Shown here piece after piece: positions 15,483-24,362 of a DNA stretch of 48,961 nucleotides (position 1 is the stretch's first letter; each line of letters begins with the position of its first letter). The DNA is from Candidatus Staskawiczbacteria bacterium RIFOXYC1_FULL_38_18 (lineage in GTDB: Bacteria > Patescibacteriota > Minisyncoccia > Minisyncoccales > Staskawiczbacteraceae): the NCBI GenBank assembly GCA_001822095.1, contig MHPP01000024.1, forward strand, positions 1 through 48,961, given 5' to 3'. The notes beneath the pieces are model-generated. The model was given only the letters and a program-made list of their open reading frames with translations, had not been told where the DNA came from and searched no databases. The translations under genes were made by a program, and so were the position numbers.

Positions 15483-16847
15483 ATGAGTAAACAGAAGGTT
15501 TTGCCGTCTGTAATGGGATTTTACCATGAGGACGGACACGTTCCTGCTTGGAAGCAGACAACAAGGTTCATTGGTAAGGATGGTAGGATTGGGGTTCTCC
15601 CGGACGTTATCGAGGCTCGTCTTGCGACAAAGCCAGGTGAAACGCCTTGGGAAACATATTTTACCACCCTCACTGCCGAGTATCTCGGGTTCAGTAAAGG
15701 GGGCACGAGAATCCTGATTGTGGCACACGGAATCGGACCGATGTCTACACTCGATGGCATTCTCAAGGTCTACAGCTACGAGTTCAAGGACAAGGAACGC
15801 AACAGGCGTGGAGGCAGGATTTCGCATCAGGAATTTCTTGATCTGGAGTCCGGCAAGTACGGAGAAGTTCAGATTGTGGACTTTGATGCTTACTGCCTTC
15901 GCTATCAGTATCCGTTTCTTCAGCATCTACGATCTTCGCAGGCGTTGGTAGATCCTGTGCTCAGGGCTCGGCTTGGTGCACAGGCAGAAAAGTACGTGCA
16001 AACGCACACTGCCTATGCACGGAAATGGCACTGTGAGCAAGCTGACATTGACCCCGAGAATCCTTACAAGCTTCCCAATCACGAGCAGTTTCTCACCAGG
16101 CGGGCTCAACAGCACGCACGGGACGGGGCGGAATACTCCGATCCATTTATTGTCGAGGTCGGAGGACCGGCTAACTGTTGCTATACCTTCGGCCCCGAAC
16201 ACGGACATCGGCCGATCGAAGAAGGTATGGCGTTTGCGCATCTGATTTCCATCGGTGGCCTCTGCAACATGCATCACGAGGGCAATGAAAGCCTCGTGTG
16301 TGATGTGGGTTGCCACGAGTGGTGGAATGGCGTTCGGCTACTGGGCATTCGGAAGAACGCCAAGCTGGATGGAATTCACCAAGGCGCTCGAGCGTACGAT
16401 CTCCTTCGGAAACACTGGAAGTTTCTCATGAAGCCGGTGAAAGAAGTCCAAGTTCACAATGGCTTCTGCCACATTCTTTCAGTGGGAGATTCTTGGTTCA
16501 CGGACTATCCAAAGCAAGGGGCTTCAATGGATAACTGGGAGCCGGAATTCCTTGTGGAGTCTGTCGAGAACGTGGGAACCCCCGTGCTTTTCAAAACGAC
16601 CATCGGAGGCTACCACGGATTCTTCCGATACGACATCAGGGAAATCAAAAGGATTGCTCCGCTGGAAGCGAATGCTTACAGCTTCACGGATGAACCTCAA
16701 TGCATCTGGGAAGGTGGCAATCCGAAGTATCACACAAGGACTGTTCAGTTCCACCGGATCGTCTTCGATCCTTCCCAACGTCTGATTCGGGTCTCGGAAC
16801 TCGTCAACGATTACGAGACGCTGATGGCGCTCGTCGCTAAAGGCTAA
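15483..16847 (+). CDS. GC9: 454-aa hypothetical protein (largest GC-rich cassette), with a Cys/His cluster
   Basis: Long uninterrupted ORF. GGAAGGAGA lies 6 nt before the ATG, and the unit has its own promoters and a strong terminator. I recognise no family motif. Cluster: GGLCNMHHEGNESLVCDVGCHEWW. Confidence 0.8.
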   Translation: MSKQKVLPSVMGFYHEDGHVPAWKQTTRFIGKDGRIGVLPDVIEARLATKPGETPWETYFTTLTAEYLGFSKGGTRILIVAHGIGPMSTLDGILKVYSYEFKDKERNRRGGRISHQEFLDLESGKYGEVQIVDFDAYCLRYQYPFLQHLRSSQALVDPVLRARLGAQAEKYVQTHTAYARKWHCEQADIDPENPYKLPNHEQFLTRRAQQHARDGAEYSDPFIVEVGGPANCCYTFGPEHGHRPIEEGMAFAHLISIGGLCNMHHEGNESLVCDVGCHEWWNGVRLLGIRKNAKLDGIHQGARAYDLLRKHWKFLMKPVKEVQVHNGFCHILSVGDSWFTDYPKQGASMDNWEPEFLVESVENVGTPVLFKTTIGGYHGFFRYDIREIKRIAPLEANAYSFTDEPQCIWEGGNPKYHTRTVQFHRIVFDPSQRLIRVSELVNDYETLMALVAKG

Positions 16848-16862
16848 AAAAGGTTTTCAAAC

Positions 16863-16900
16863 ATGGGCTATGCTCTCCGGAGCACAGCCCATTTTTATTT
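16863..16900 (+). terminator. intrinsic terminator after GC9 (probably also serves the convergent htrA)
   Basis: 13-bp stem atgggctatgctc/gagcacagcccat (1 mismatch) followed by TTTTTATTT. Confidence 0.75.
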
Positions 16901-16917
16901 ACTGCGACAATATTTAT

Positions 16918-18261
16918 TTACGAGCTTCTTTCGCCAAGCGTAACGTCAACGCTTATTTCTTTGCTATCTCGTAAAACTTTTAAAGTAATTTTTTCTCCCG
17001 GGCTGTATTTTTGGATTATTTTTGCCATTGAATTATTTTTTGTAATTTTTTCTCCATTTATTTCTAGAATAACGTCATTTTCTTTAATTCCTGATTTTTC
17101 AGCGGCAGACCCCGCAGTAATAGCCGATTCTCCATTTGATCCCCTAACCACAAAAGCGCCTGTATCCGCTAAAAGGTTGTATTTTTGTTTTACCGCCTCA
17201 TCAACCAAAACATATCTCACTCCCAAAAATGGGTAAACAATTTTATTTAAGGAAGAAACCTGCTCTATATCTTTTTTTGCGGCATTTATGGGGATTGCGA
17301 AACCTATGCTTTGGGCTCCCTGCGCCATAGCCGTATTAATTCCAATAACCTCCCCCCTTAAATTTACCAGCGGGCCTCCGGAATTTCCCGAGTTTATTGC
17401 CGCATCTGTTTGTATTATCCCCTCCAGCGTTTCCGAAAAAGAACCTGCCTGGTCAGAAGCCGAAATTGTTCTGCCAAGCCCGGAGACTATGCCCACAGAA
17501 ACCGTGTTGGTAAATTGTCCCAGCGCGTTTCCAATTGCAACAACCGTCTGGCCTGTTTGTATGCCCGAAGAATCGCCCAGCACAACCGGCTTAAATACGC
17601 CTTGCGCGGTTAATCCTGCTTGCGCGGGCAGTTTGGCTTGTATTCTAATAACAGCCAAATCTTGCACGGGATCTAGCGCCAAAACTTTAGCTGTATATTT
17701 TTCTCCTTCATTTGTATAAACCGTATATTCGGCTTTTTTGTCAGAAACAACGTGCTTATTTGTTAAAATCAGGCCGTCGGCCGAAACAATAAATCCCGAC
17801 CCCGCCCCAACCTCCTGTAATTCAGTGCCTTTTTGCACATACTGAGGAATCTGCAAATCAAAAGGGGAATTTTCGCCAAAAGGATTTGTAAATTGCTGTT
17901 CATAAATTGGCACATTTTTTGAAATAACAATGCTGACAACCGACGGCGATATTTTTTTTGCCGCATCTATTATTGCCTGCTCATAAGAAATGTCAGATTT
18001 ATATTCGCCAACGGGAGCTTGGTTTATATTGTTTGGCGAAGCCTGGCGGGCAATATTTGTTTTTTCCAGAAAAGAATTTATTTGTAAAGGAAAAAACTGC
18101 AGAGCAATAACGCTGGCCACTGCAATAATTATGCAGCCCGCAACAAACAAAGAAAACCTCCGCCAGCCGGCGGACCAAAAAATTCGGCTCTTAAAAAATT
18201 TTAAAATTTTTTTGAGGCTGTCCTTTATATCCAACAAATTTGATTCTGGTAACTCGTACAT
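16918..18261 (-). CDS. htrA: HtrA/DegP-family serine protease with PDZ domain
   Basis: 447 aa. N-terminal TM; catalytic TNKHVV, D, GNSGGPL; C-terminal PDZ. Confidence 0.9.
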   Translation of the reverse strand: MYELPESNLLDIKDSLKKILKFFKSRIFWSAGWRRFSLFVAGCIIIAVASVIALQFFPLQINSFLEKTNIARQASPNNINQAPVGEYKSDISYEQAIIDAAKKISPSVVSIVISKNVPIYEQQFTNPFGENSPFDLQIPQYVQKGTELQEVGAGSGFIVSADGLILTNKHVVSDKKAEYTVYTNEGEKYTAKVLALDPVQDLAVIRIQAKLPAQAGLTAQGVFKPVVLGDSSGIQTGQTVVAIGNALGQFTNTVSVGIVSGLGRTISASDQAGSFSETLEGIIQTDAAINSGNSGGPLVNLRGEVIGINTAMAQGAQSIGFAIPINAAKKDIEQVSSLNKIVYPFLGVRYVLVDEAVKQKYNLLADTGAFVVRGSNGESAITAGSAAEKSGIKENDVILEINGEKITKNNSMAKIIQKYSPGEKITLKVLRDSKEISVDVTLGERSS

Positions 18262-18279
18262 AGTGGAATTTTTTAATTT

Positions 18280-19005
18280 TTAATTGTCTTTATAATGATT
18301 AAACTTATAATTAAATATATCCGACCTTACCGGGCCTATAAAAAAGGTGTAAAGCTCCGACAAAAGGTATTTAATTGTTGTTGTCGCCCATCCGTCTTTT
18401 TTAAACCTTCTGTCCGAAATAAATACTTGCGCCGATCTTATAATGCCAAACTTGCCGTGCTCTGCCGCTCTCGCCCCAAAATCTCTGTCTTCAGATAATT
18501 TTAAGGTTTCGTCGTAGCCCTTTGTTTTATCAAAAAAATCCTTTTTTATTAAAACCCCAATAATGGAATATGGGGTTATCTTTTCCAGCATAACCACCAT
18601 TTTATTGTAAAAGTCCAACATAAAGTGGAATGCGTTTTCTTTTGAAGGGGAATCAAAACAAAAACTTGCAAAATCCAGCTTTCTCAAATTAAATTCTTCC
18701 AAAGATTTCTTCAAAAAATCATCCGGCAAAACAGTGTCGGCGTCCAAAAAAAACATTATTTCTCCTTTTGCAATTTTTGCCCCTGCGTTTCTGCCTCGCG
18801 CGGGCGCTCCGCCCCGTGTTGTTACGCACCCGTACTTTTTTGCAATTTCCAAAGTTTTATCTTTTGAACCTGCGTCAGCCACAATTATCTCGTAATCTTT
18901 AAAATCCTGTTTTTTTATGGACTTCAAAAGCATGGGCAGATAATCTTCTTCGTTTAAGGTTGGAATAATGATACTTAACATATTAAAGTTGTAATTTAAT
19001 TTCAA
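18280..19005 (-). CDS. family-2 glycosyltransferase
   Basis: 241 aa. IIIPTLNEEDYLPMLLKSI ... FLDADT (DxD). Confidence 0.8.
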   Translation of the reverse strand: MKLNYNFNMLSIIIPTLNEEDYLPMLLKSIKKQDFKDYEIIVADAGSKDKTLEIAKKYGCVTTRGGAPARGRNAGAKIAKGEIMFFLDADTVLPDDFLKKSLEEFNLRKLDFASFCFDSPSKENAFHFMLDFYNKMVVMLEKITPYSIIGVLIKKDFFDKTKGYDETLKLSEDRDFGARAAEHGKFGIIRSAQVFISDRRFKKDGWATTTIKYLLSELYTFFIGPVRSDIFNYKFNHYKDN

Positions 19006-19265
19006 ACTTCATCTTGCCCGTTAATTTTTAAAATAATGGCATACAGTAATATTACGAATAGAAAAGAGGTAATATTTCCCAATAAGTTATTAAAAAAATC
19101 CGGCATAAAATAATTTAAATTCAGGATATTAAAATAATTAAGGATATTTACGTTTTTAGACACTATCGCAAAAATAAAAAGAATTACCATGTGAACTATA
19201 GCCGAAAAGAGCATTAACAAAAACAGCGCGTTAAGATATTTATTTTTTACAATTTTTATTTTCAT
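19002..19265 (-). CDS. small integral membrane protein
   Basis: 87 aa with 2-3 TM segments. 4-nt overlap with the downstream GT2 gene. Confidence 0.45.
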   Translation of the reverse strand: MKIKIVKNKYLNALFLLMLFSAIVHMVILFIFAIVSKNVNILNYFNILNLNYFMPDFFNNLLGNITSFLFVILLYAIILKINGQDEV

Positions 19266-19278
19266 TATAAAAATATTT

Positions 19279-20055
19279 TTAATTTAAAAATGAATATTTA
19301 TAAAATTTCATTACCGGCCCCGGGAGATAGGCACCAAACACAAAAATTAAAAACAGCGCAATATCTATGCTGTACCACGCAAGATAAGCGGGGTAGTCTA
19401 AAATTAAAACAAAAATAGTAAGGCTAAGTGTTACAAATTGAAGCGCTGCCAGCTTTGATGCTGTGTAATGTTTTAATATGCTCCGCGCCTCCCATCCGGG
19501 CGCTTTTATTTCAATAATCCTGCGGGAGCACGCAACCGCAAACGCAAAAAATAATACTGCCAAAAGCAAAAAAAATGGTATTCTGGTTGTTACCAGCATA
19601 GCGCCAAGCAAAAATCGCATTGGATGGGTCAGACTGTTGGCGATAATCTCCAAATAAGGCATTTTTTTTGCAATATGGGTATATATTTGATTAACCAAAA
19701 TAAAAAACACGTACAATAAAAATATACTTTTGCCAAAATATAAATAAGCTGCAGCCAGCCCGATAGATATGAGCGTAAAAGCAAAAAAATACGCGGATTG
19801 AACGCTTACCTTTCCTGACGGCAAAGGCCTGTTTTTTTTCTTCGGATGCCTGCGGTCAGATTCAATGTCCGCGATATCGTTTAAAGTGTAAAGTCCGCCG
19901 TACAAACATATGTTGAAGGAAAGGTAAACAATCAATAACGGGCTTATTATTGTATAAACCGGGCCGTCGGCCAATATCAGAGCGCCCAAAATTACAAAAA
20001 TAAACGATATGTGGTATCTAAATTTGATTAAACGGATGTAATGGGCAAAATTCAT
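19279..20055 (-). CDS. UbiA-family polyprenyl-phosphate phosphoribosyl/prenyl transferase
   Basis: 258 aa, polytopic. NDIADIESDRRHPKKKNRPLPSG (NDxxDxxxD motif). Confidence 0.8.
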   Translation of the reverse strand: MNFAHYIRLIKFRYHISFIFVILGALILADGPVYTIISPLLIVYLSFNICLYGGLYTLNDIADIESDRRHPKKKNRPLPSGKVSVQSAYFFAFTLISIGLAAAYLYFGKSIFLLYVFFILVNQIYTHIAKKMPYLEIIANSLTHPMRFLLGAMLVTTRIPFFLLLAVLFFAFAVACSRRIIEIKAPGWEARSILKHYTASKLAALQFVTLSLTIFVLILDYPAYLAWYSIDIALFLIFVFGAYLPGPVMKFYKYSFLN

Positions 20056-20513
20056 TTTATTATATAAAAAACAATTAAAGCTGTTGCCGCGCCTATTAAA
20101 AATCCTGCCAACACGTCTATTGGATGGTGGCGCTTAAGATATATCCTTGAATAACCCACGCAAAGAACAACAAGGACGCAGGCAATAATGGTGGGGGCAT
20201 CTTTATAAAATAAGCTAAACATAACCGCTATTAGCGAAATTCTTGCGCTATGTATGCTGGGGAAGCTGTTTGCGTCTATTTTATTATAAATATTATCCCT
20301 TGCTTGTTCAACCGGCCTTTCCTTGCGGTAGATAATCTTGATAATAACGCAAAACAACTCAACAAATATAAGCGCCCCCAACAGCGGCATGGCAAGCGAG
20401 ACATTAAATTTTAATAAAACTAAAATAATTAAAATATAAAAAACCGGCGAGCCAAAAGAGGTTATTGCGCCGAGTGTGTCGTCCAAAAGATTTTTGTATG
20501 GGCTCATATGCAT
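20052..20513 (-). CDS. PAP2-family phosphatase
   Basis: 153 aa. KERP...SFPSIHS...SRIYLKRHHPIDVLAG (PAP2 motifs). 4-nt overlap with the UbiA gene. Confidence 0.75.
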   Translation of the reverse strand: MHMSPYKNLLDDTLGAITSFGSPVFYILIILVLLKFNVSLAMPLLGALIFVELFCVIIKIIYRKERPVEQARDNIYNKIDANSFPSIHSARISLIAVMFSLFYKDAPTIIACVLVVLCVGYSRIYLKRHHPIDVLAGFLIGAATALIVFYIIK

Positions 20514-20523
20514 TTAATAATTA

Positions 20524-21426
20524 TTAAAAAGCCAGCACAGCCAGCCCCAAAACAATTAAAATTATAGAAATTATTTTCTTTATAATTAAGCTTGTTGATA
20601 TTTTTTCTTTCAAAATTTTAGGATAAAAAAATGAAAGAAACAAGGTCATAAAAAAAATAAAAATATACTGAATTCCCCGCAAAGAATTTATAACCGGCAA
20701 AAAAACCATCGGCGCCAAAAATATTGAAAAGCTCTGAAGCACGTTTGCTGCGCCCCCAGACGCCTGGCCGCCAAAAAATATAATTCCTGTTTTTTTATTT
20801 AATAGATTCTGTTTTTTAAAAATTTCTTTTCTAAAGCCCGCCCTGAAAAGGAACGATAAAACCAAAATAAAACTAAATATTCTCATCCAAATCAGCCCCT
20901 GCCAAAACGGCTGGTTTAAAAAAACCATTTTAGAAAAAATATAATCCAGAGAAAACATAAAAGCCGAAAAAAGGATAATTCTTAAATAATCTCCAGATAT
21001 TTTGATATTTTTTTCAAAAGAAATAATGCTACTGCCTGCCAATAATATAATAAAAGCCAAAATATCCGTTGCCCTCATTGGCTGGGATCCCCAAAACAAA
21101 AATATCAAAACAAAAATAAATATTGGCTGAATGGCTCCAATGGTCGGCATAACGCGGGAAACGTCAAATTTCTCTAAAGCAACAAACATAAAGTATAGCC
21201 CCAATACAGAGGCAAAAGATGCCATAATCATCCATGGTATCGAGGCAATATCAGGCAGGCCAAATTGGACAAACGGTATTAATAAAACCGCCAGTATGTT
21301 TAGTGCCCCAATATAAAAAGTATACGATTTTGGCTCTGGGGGCCCTTCTAAAATCAGCTTATCTGCCAAAGAAGATATGCTAAAAAATAAATAAGCTAAA
21401 ATTATAATTAAAAGCCAATATATCAT
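20524..21426 (-). CDS. DMT/EamA-like polytopic membrane transporter
   Basis: 300 aa, about 10 TM segments, with two-fold internal architecture. Confidence 0.55.
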   Translation of the reverse strand: MIYWLLIIILAYLFFSISSLADKLILEGPPEPKSYTFYIGALNILAVLLIPFVQFGLPDIASIPWMIMASFASVLGLYFMFVALEKFDVSRVMPTIGAIQPIFIFVLIFLFWGSQPMRATDILAFIILLAGSSIISFEKNIKISGDYLRIILFSAFMFSLDYIFSKMVFLNQPFWQGLIWMRIFSFILVLSFLFRAGFRKEIFKKQNLLNKKTGIIFFGGQASGGAANVLQSFSIFLAPMVFLPVINSLRGIQYIFIFFMTLFLSFFYPKILKEKISTSLIIKKIISIILIVLGLAVLAF

Positions 21427-21433
21427 AAATTTT

Positions 21434-22315
21434 TTATCTCTGCTTAGGGCTTTCGCCGTTTAAAAAATTCTTGATTAAATCTGATATGTCAACGTTAGCT
21501 TCTTTAAGCCTTATGGTGTTTGCCAGAAATAACTCATCATAAGCATTCTTTATTTTATCTATGCCGCCTTGAAGCACTCCATGGGTAATTATTGCTATTG
21601 CCTTGTGCGCGCCGAGTTCTCTGCATTTTTTATTAACACAAGCCATTGTGCCGCCCGTTTCAATCATATCGTCAATCACGCCGACTATTTTCCCTCTAAT
21701 ATTTTTTTCAAGATTTTCATCGCAAAACATTTCTATCTCGTATGAATTTTTTCTTTTTTTCGTAAATCCTGGCAAATTATTTCTTCTGACCGACCCGGCA
21801 TCCGGGGCAATAAAATATATTTCCGGATATTTTTTTAAAACCTCGGCTTTAAGAATACTTGTGCTGGGTATATCTTCTATCGGGTACTTTTTAACCCACT
21901 CTCTGCCTATAAAATGGGCGTCAATAATATATATTTTTTTAACTCCATAAAAATTTGTCCATTTTTTGATTAAGGCCTCTGCAGCATTTATTTCGCCGTC
22001 CTGAAAAATTAAATCCTGTTTTCCATATGGAAAATAAGTGATAAAAAGTTCAATAAAATTTATTTGCCGATCCTTTAATATATTAAGAGCAAACTCTAAT
22101 TCCACAAGGCCGTCGTTTGGATTGGGAGCGCCCGAATGAAGCACAACCGCCCTTTCTCCGCTCAGCTTGCCAAGGTTTACATACACTTCTCCGTCTGGAA
22201 AATATCTTTTGCCGTCTTTATTCTTTCCTATGTAATGAACATCAAAATCAGACTTTTTTGATAAAATTTCAGCAAGATGCTCCGCGCTTGAAGTTGCAAT
22301 AATATCAATTTTCAT
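21434..22315 (-). CDS. prs: ribose-phosphate pyrophosphokinase (PRPP synthetase)
   Basis: 293 aa. PRPP-binding loop GKIVGVIDDMIETGGTM. Confidence 0.8.
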   Translation of the reverse strand: MKIDIIATSSAEHLAEILSKKSDFDVHYIGKNKDGKRYFPDGEVYVNLGKLSGERAVVLHSGAPNPNDGLVELEFALNILKDRQINFIELFITYFPYGKQDLIFQDGEINAAEALIKKWTNFYGVKKIYIIDAHFIGREWVKKYPIEDIPSTSILKAEVLKKYPEIYFIAPDAGSVRRNNLPGFTKKRKNSYEIEMFCDENLEKNIRGKIVGVIDDMIETGGTMACVNKKCRELGAHKAIAIITHGVLQGGIDKIKNAYDELFLANTIRLKEANVDISDLIKNFLNGESPKQR

Positions 22316-22318
22316 TTT

Positions 22319-23350
22319 TTATCTTTCAATTGCCGTTTCTTTATAATAACCTCTTTGGCTTTCAGGCAACATTCCCGCCACATGAGCCATACACCAATCA
22401 GTGTCGTTAAGCCTGCTATCGTTTTCGGATAACCTTACAGGATCTTTGATCACAAGTTTTTTCTTGCCCGTGGTCCGGTCTTCTACAAATGCGGTCGGTA
22501 TTATGGACAATTCTTCGCCGGTTAATTTTTTATATTGGCCCGCAACTAATTCTATCCCGCGATATCCTTGCTTCATTTCTTGTTTTTCCCTGATTTTTGG
22601 CAACTCGGGGTTTAACCAAAGGCCTTCAGGAAAAATACCCACAGTATCTCCTCTTGAAAGCGCCGCAACGGCCTGTCTGACAAATTCAGCGTTCATCGCT
22701 GTTCCGCCCTGTTTTTCCCTGTCGATTATTTTTCTAAAAGCTCTTTTCCCTTCTTTGCCTTGCCGTTTTAGAGAAGCTTCTTTATCTTCTTCTGAAATAT
22801 TTGCCAAGCTTTCTTCAATTGGAATTGTTTTTAATTTTTTAAGAACCCACCTAATCACCGGATTGCTATTCCACCAAACTTCTTTGGCAACCACCAAGTG
22901 CAAATCATAATCCTTAAAAGTTTTTGCAAGCGCGTCGCCCTCCAATCCAAAATGATTGCAAACCACAAGAAAAGGCCCTTTTTCCGGCAGGTTTTCCCTC
23001 CCTTCGATTTCAAATTTTAAACCCCTTGTCCAAAAATAGGTTATGGCTTCCCCAATAATTCCCTTCTTTCTGTCGCAAAGATAATCTGGTAAATATTTAT
23101 CCTGATATGCTTTAACTTTTCCTATTCTTTGCTGAGCATCTTCCAGCGGTTCCGGCGTTAGTTTTTTTTCGTCAACTGCCCGCCCTATGCCTTGTTTCAA
23201 CTTCTTTATTTTTTGTTCTATTTCTTCCGGTCTTTCTTGCGCCGTTTTTTCTCCAGTTTTTTCTGGTTTATTTCCAGAAAAAATTTCCTGCCCAGCCTCT
23301 ATCTCCGATTTTTTAAATCCTTCTTCTAAAAAATGTTCTTCTGATTCCAT
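22319..23350 (-). CDS. lysophospholipid (PlsC-like) acyltransferase with charged N-terminal extension
   Basis: VVCNHFGLEGD and FPEGLW resemble acyltransferase motifs I and III, but the spacing in motif I is atypical. Confidence 0.5.
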   Translation of the reverse strand: MESEEHFLEEGFKKSEIEAGQEIFSGNKPEKTGEKTAQERPEEIEQKIKKLKQGIGRAVDEKKLTPEPLEDAQQRIGKVKAYQDKYLPDYLCDRKKGIIGEAITYFWTRGLKFEIEGRENLPEKGPFLVVCNHFGLEGDALAKTFKDYDLHLVVAKEVWWNSNPVIRWVLKKLKTIPIEESLANISEEDKEASLKRQGKEGKRAFRKIIDREKQGGTAMNAEFVRQAVAALSRGDTVGIFPEGLWLNPELPKIREKQEMKQGYRGIELVAGQYKKLTGEELSIIPTAFVEDRTTGKKKLVIKDPVRLSENDSRLNDTDWCMAHVAGMLPESQRGYYKETAIER

Positions 23351-23354
23351 GATT

Positions 23355-24362
23355 TTAAAAAAGTTTTTTTGCTTCGTTCCATATTTGAGGCTGATTTTGC
23401 ACTGTTTTCATCCAATACCACCATTCTACTCCCCAAAAATAAAAGGTATCAAGCCCTGTTGCTTTTGCATATTCAACATTTTTTTTAAATAATTCCAGAC
23501 TCATTGTTTTTGCCTGCTCTTCTAAGGGGACATCATAAAACGGTTCTGACGCCCAGGGTTCTGCTTGGAGCTCTATACATATTACTTTTTTACCAAATAT
23601 TTTTTTAATTAGCAACGCTTTTCTCCAGTAAGTGACGGGTGATAAAAATGAGTTAAGATTAAATCCAAATTCATCTGTTATGTGCGCCCAAACTTTTCTG
23701 TACATAGTAATTCCAACGATATCAGATATTTTTGCGGCTTCAAACCAATTTGACTGTTCTCCGGAATCAGAAATAATAATTTGCCTTGAATTATCCAATA
23801 ACTTTACCAACTCCACCTCTTTTTTTAAAAAATCTTTATCATACCAAGGGCATTCGCCAAAATCAAAAAGAGGTTCATTTTCCACCTGCCAATAAATAAT
23901 TGAGTTACTTTTTTTATATCTTTTTACCACCTCTGTTATATACTTTAAAATTTTGTCTTGTTGCTGTTGTTTTGTTAAGTTGACGGCCCATGCAGGAATA
24001 TGGCATTCCGGCCAGCGCCCACTTTTCATTCCAAGCACGTAAATAATGTTTACCCCGCTTTGCTCTGCTTGGTTAATTTGCCAGTCTGTATCGGCAAAAT
24101 AATATTTATCTTTTTTGCCTTCAATCCAGTCCCATTGATTATGCAATTTAATATTTTTTGCCCCCAAATCATTAATTATAGCCAAATAAATTTTTTTCCA
24201 GTCCAATTTTAAGTTTTCCGCCTGCATTTGCGAAAAATCAATTCCCCAGATTATGTTTTCCTCGCGAGGAGCCGAACCTGCAAAAAAGTATAAAAATGCT
24301 GCAAAACTCGCTATTATTATAATTACTGCGACTAAAATACATATTTTAATTATTTTTTTCAT
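23355..24362 (-). CDS. membrane-anchored TIM-barrel glycoside-hydrolase-like protein (clan GH-A-like)
   Basis: 335 aa. N-terminal TM; WQVENEP catalytic-acid-like motif. Confidence 0.45.
   Translation of the reverse strand: MKKIIKICILVAVIIIIASFAAFLYFFAGSAPREENIIWGIDFSQMQAENLKLDWKKIYLAIINDLGAKNIKLHNQWDWIEGKKDKYYFADTDWQINQAEQSGVNIIYVLGMKSGRWPECHIPAWAVNLTKQQQQDKILKYITEVVKRYKKSNSIIYWQVENEPLFDFGECPWYDKDFLKKEVELVKLLDNSRQIIISDSGEQSNWFEAAKISDIVGITMYRKVWAHITDEFGFNLNSFLSPVTYWRKALLIKKIFGKKVICIELQAEPWASEPFYDVPLEEQAKTMSLELFKKNVEYAKATGLDTFYFWGVEWWYWMKTVQNQPQIWNEAKKLF

Noticed and set aside
14413-16316. Long antisense or alternative-frame ORFs inside the GC-rich island: 14413-14787(-), 14517-14699(-), 14612-15079(+), 14952-15221(+), 15444-15926(-), 15521-15766(-), 15927-16316(-), and several plus-frame ORFs within GC9.
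   Set aside because: GC-rich DNA is stop-codon poor, so shadow ORFs are expected. These ORFs lack an SD, promoter and terminator in the right orientation. Their products are low-complexity (Ser/Arg/Pro/Cys-rich) or cross terminator hairpins.
17601-17636. GC-rich 18-nt imperfect duplication (cttgcgcgg twice) inside htrA, encoding PAQAGLTAQG. It resembles the CCTGCC/GGCAGG hairpins seen at 4134-51 and 46221-37.
   Set aside because: It is too short and degenerate to call a REP-like in-frame insertion. It may just be a variable surface loop of the protease.
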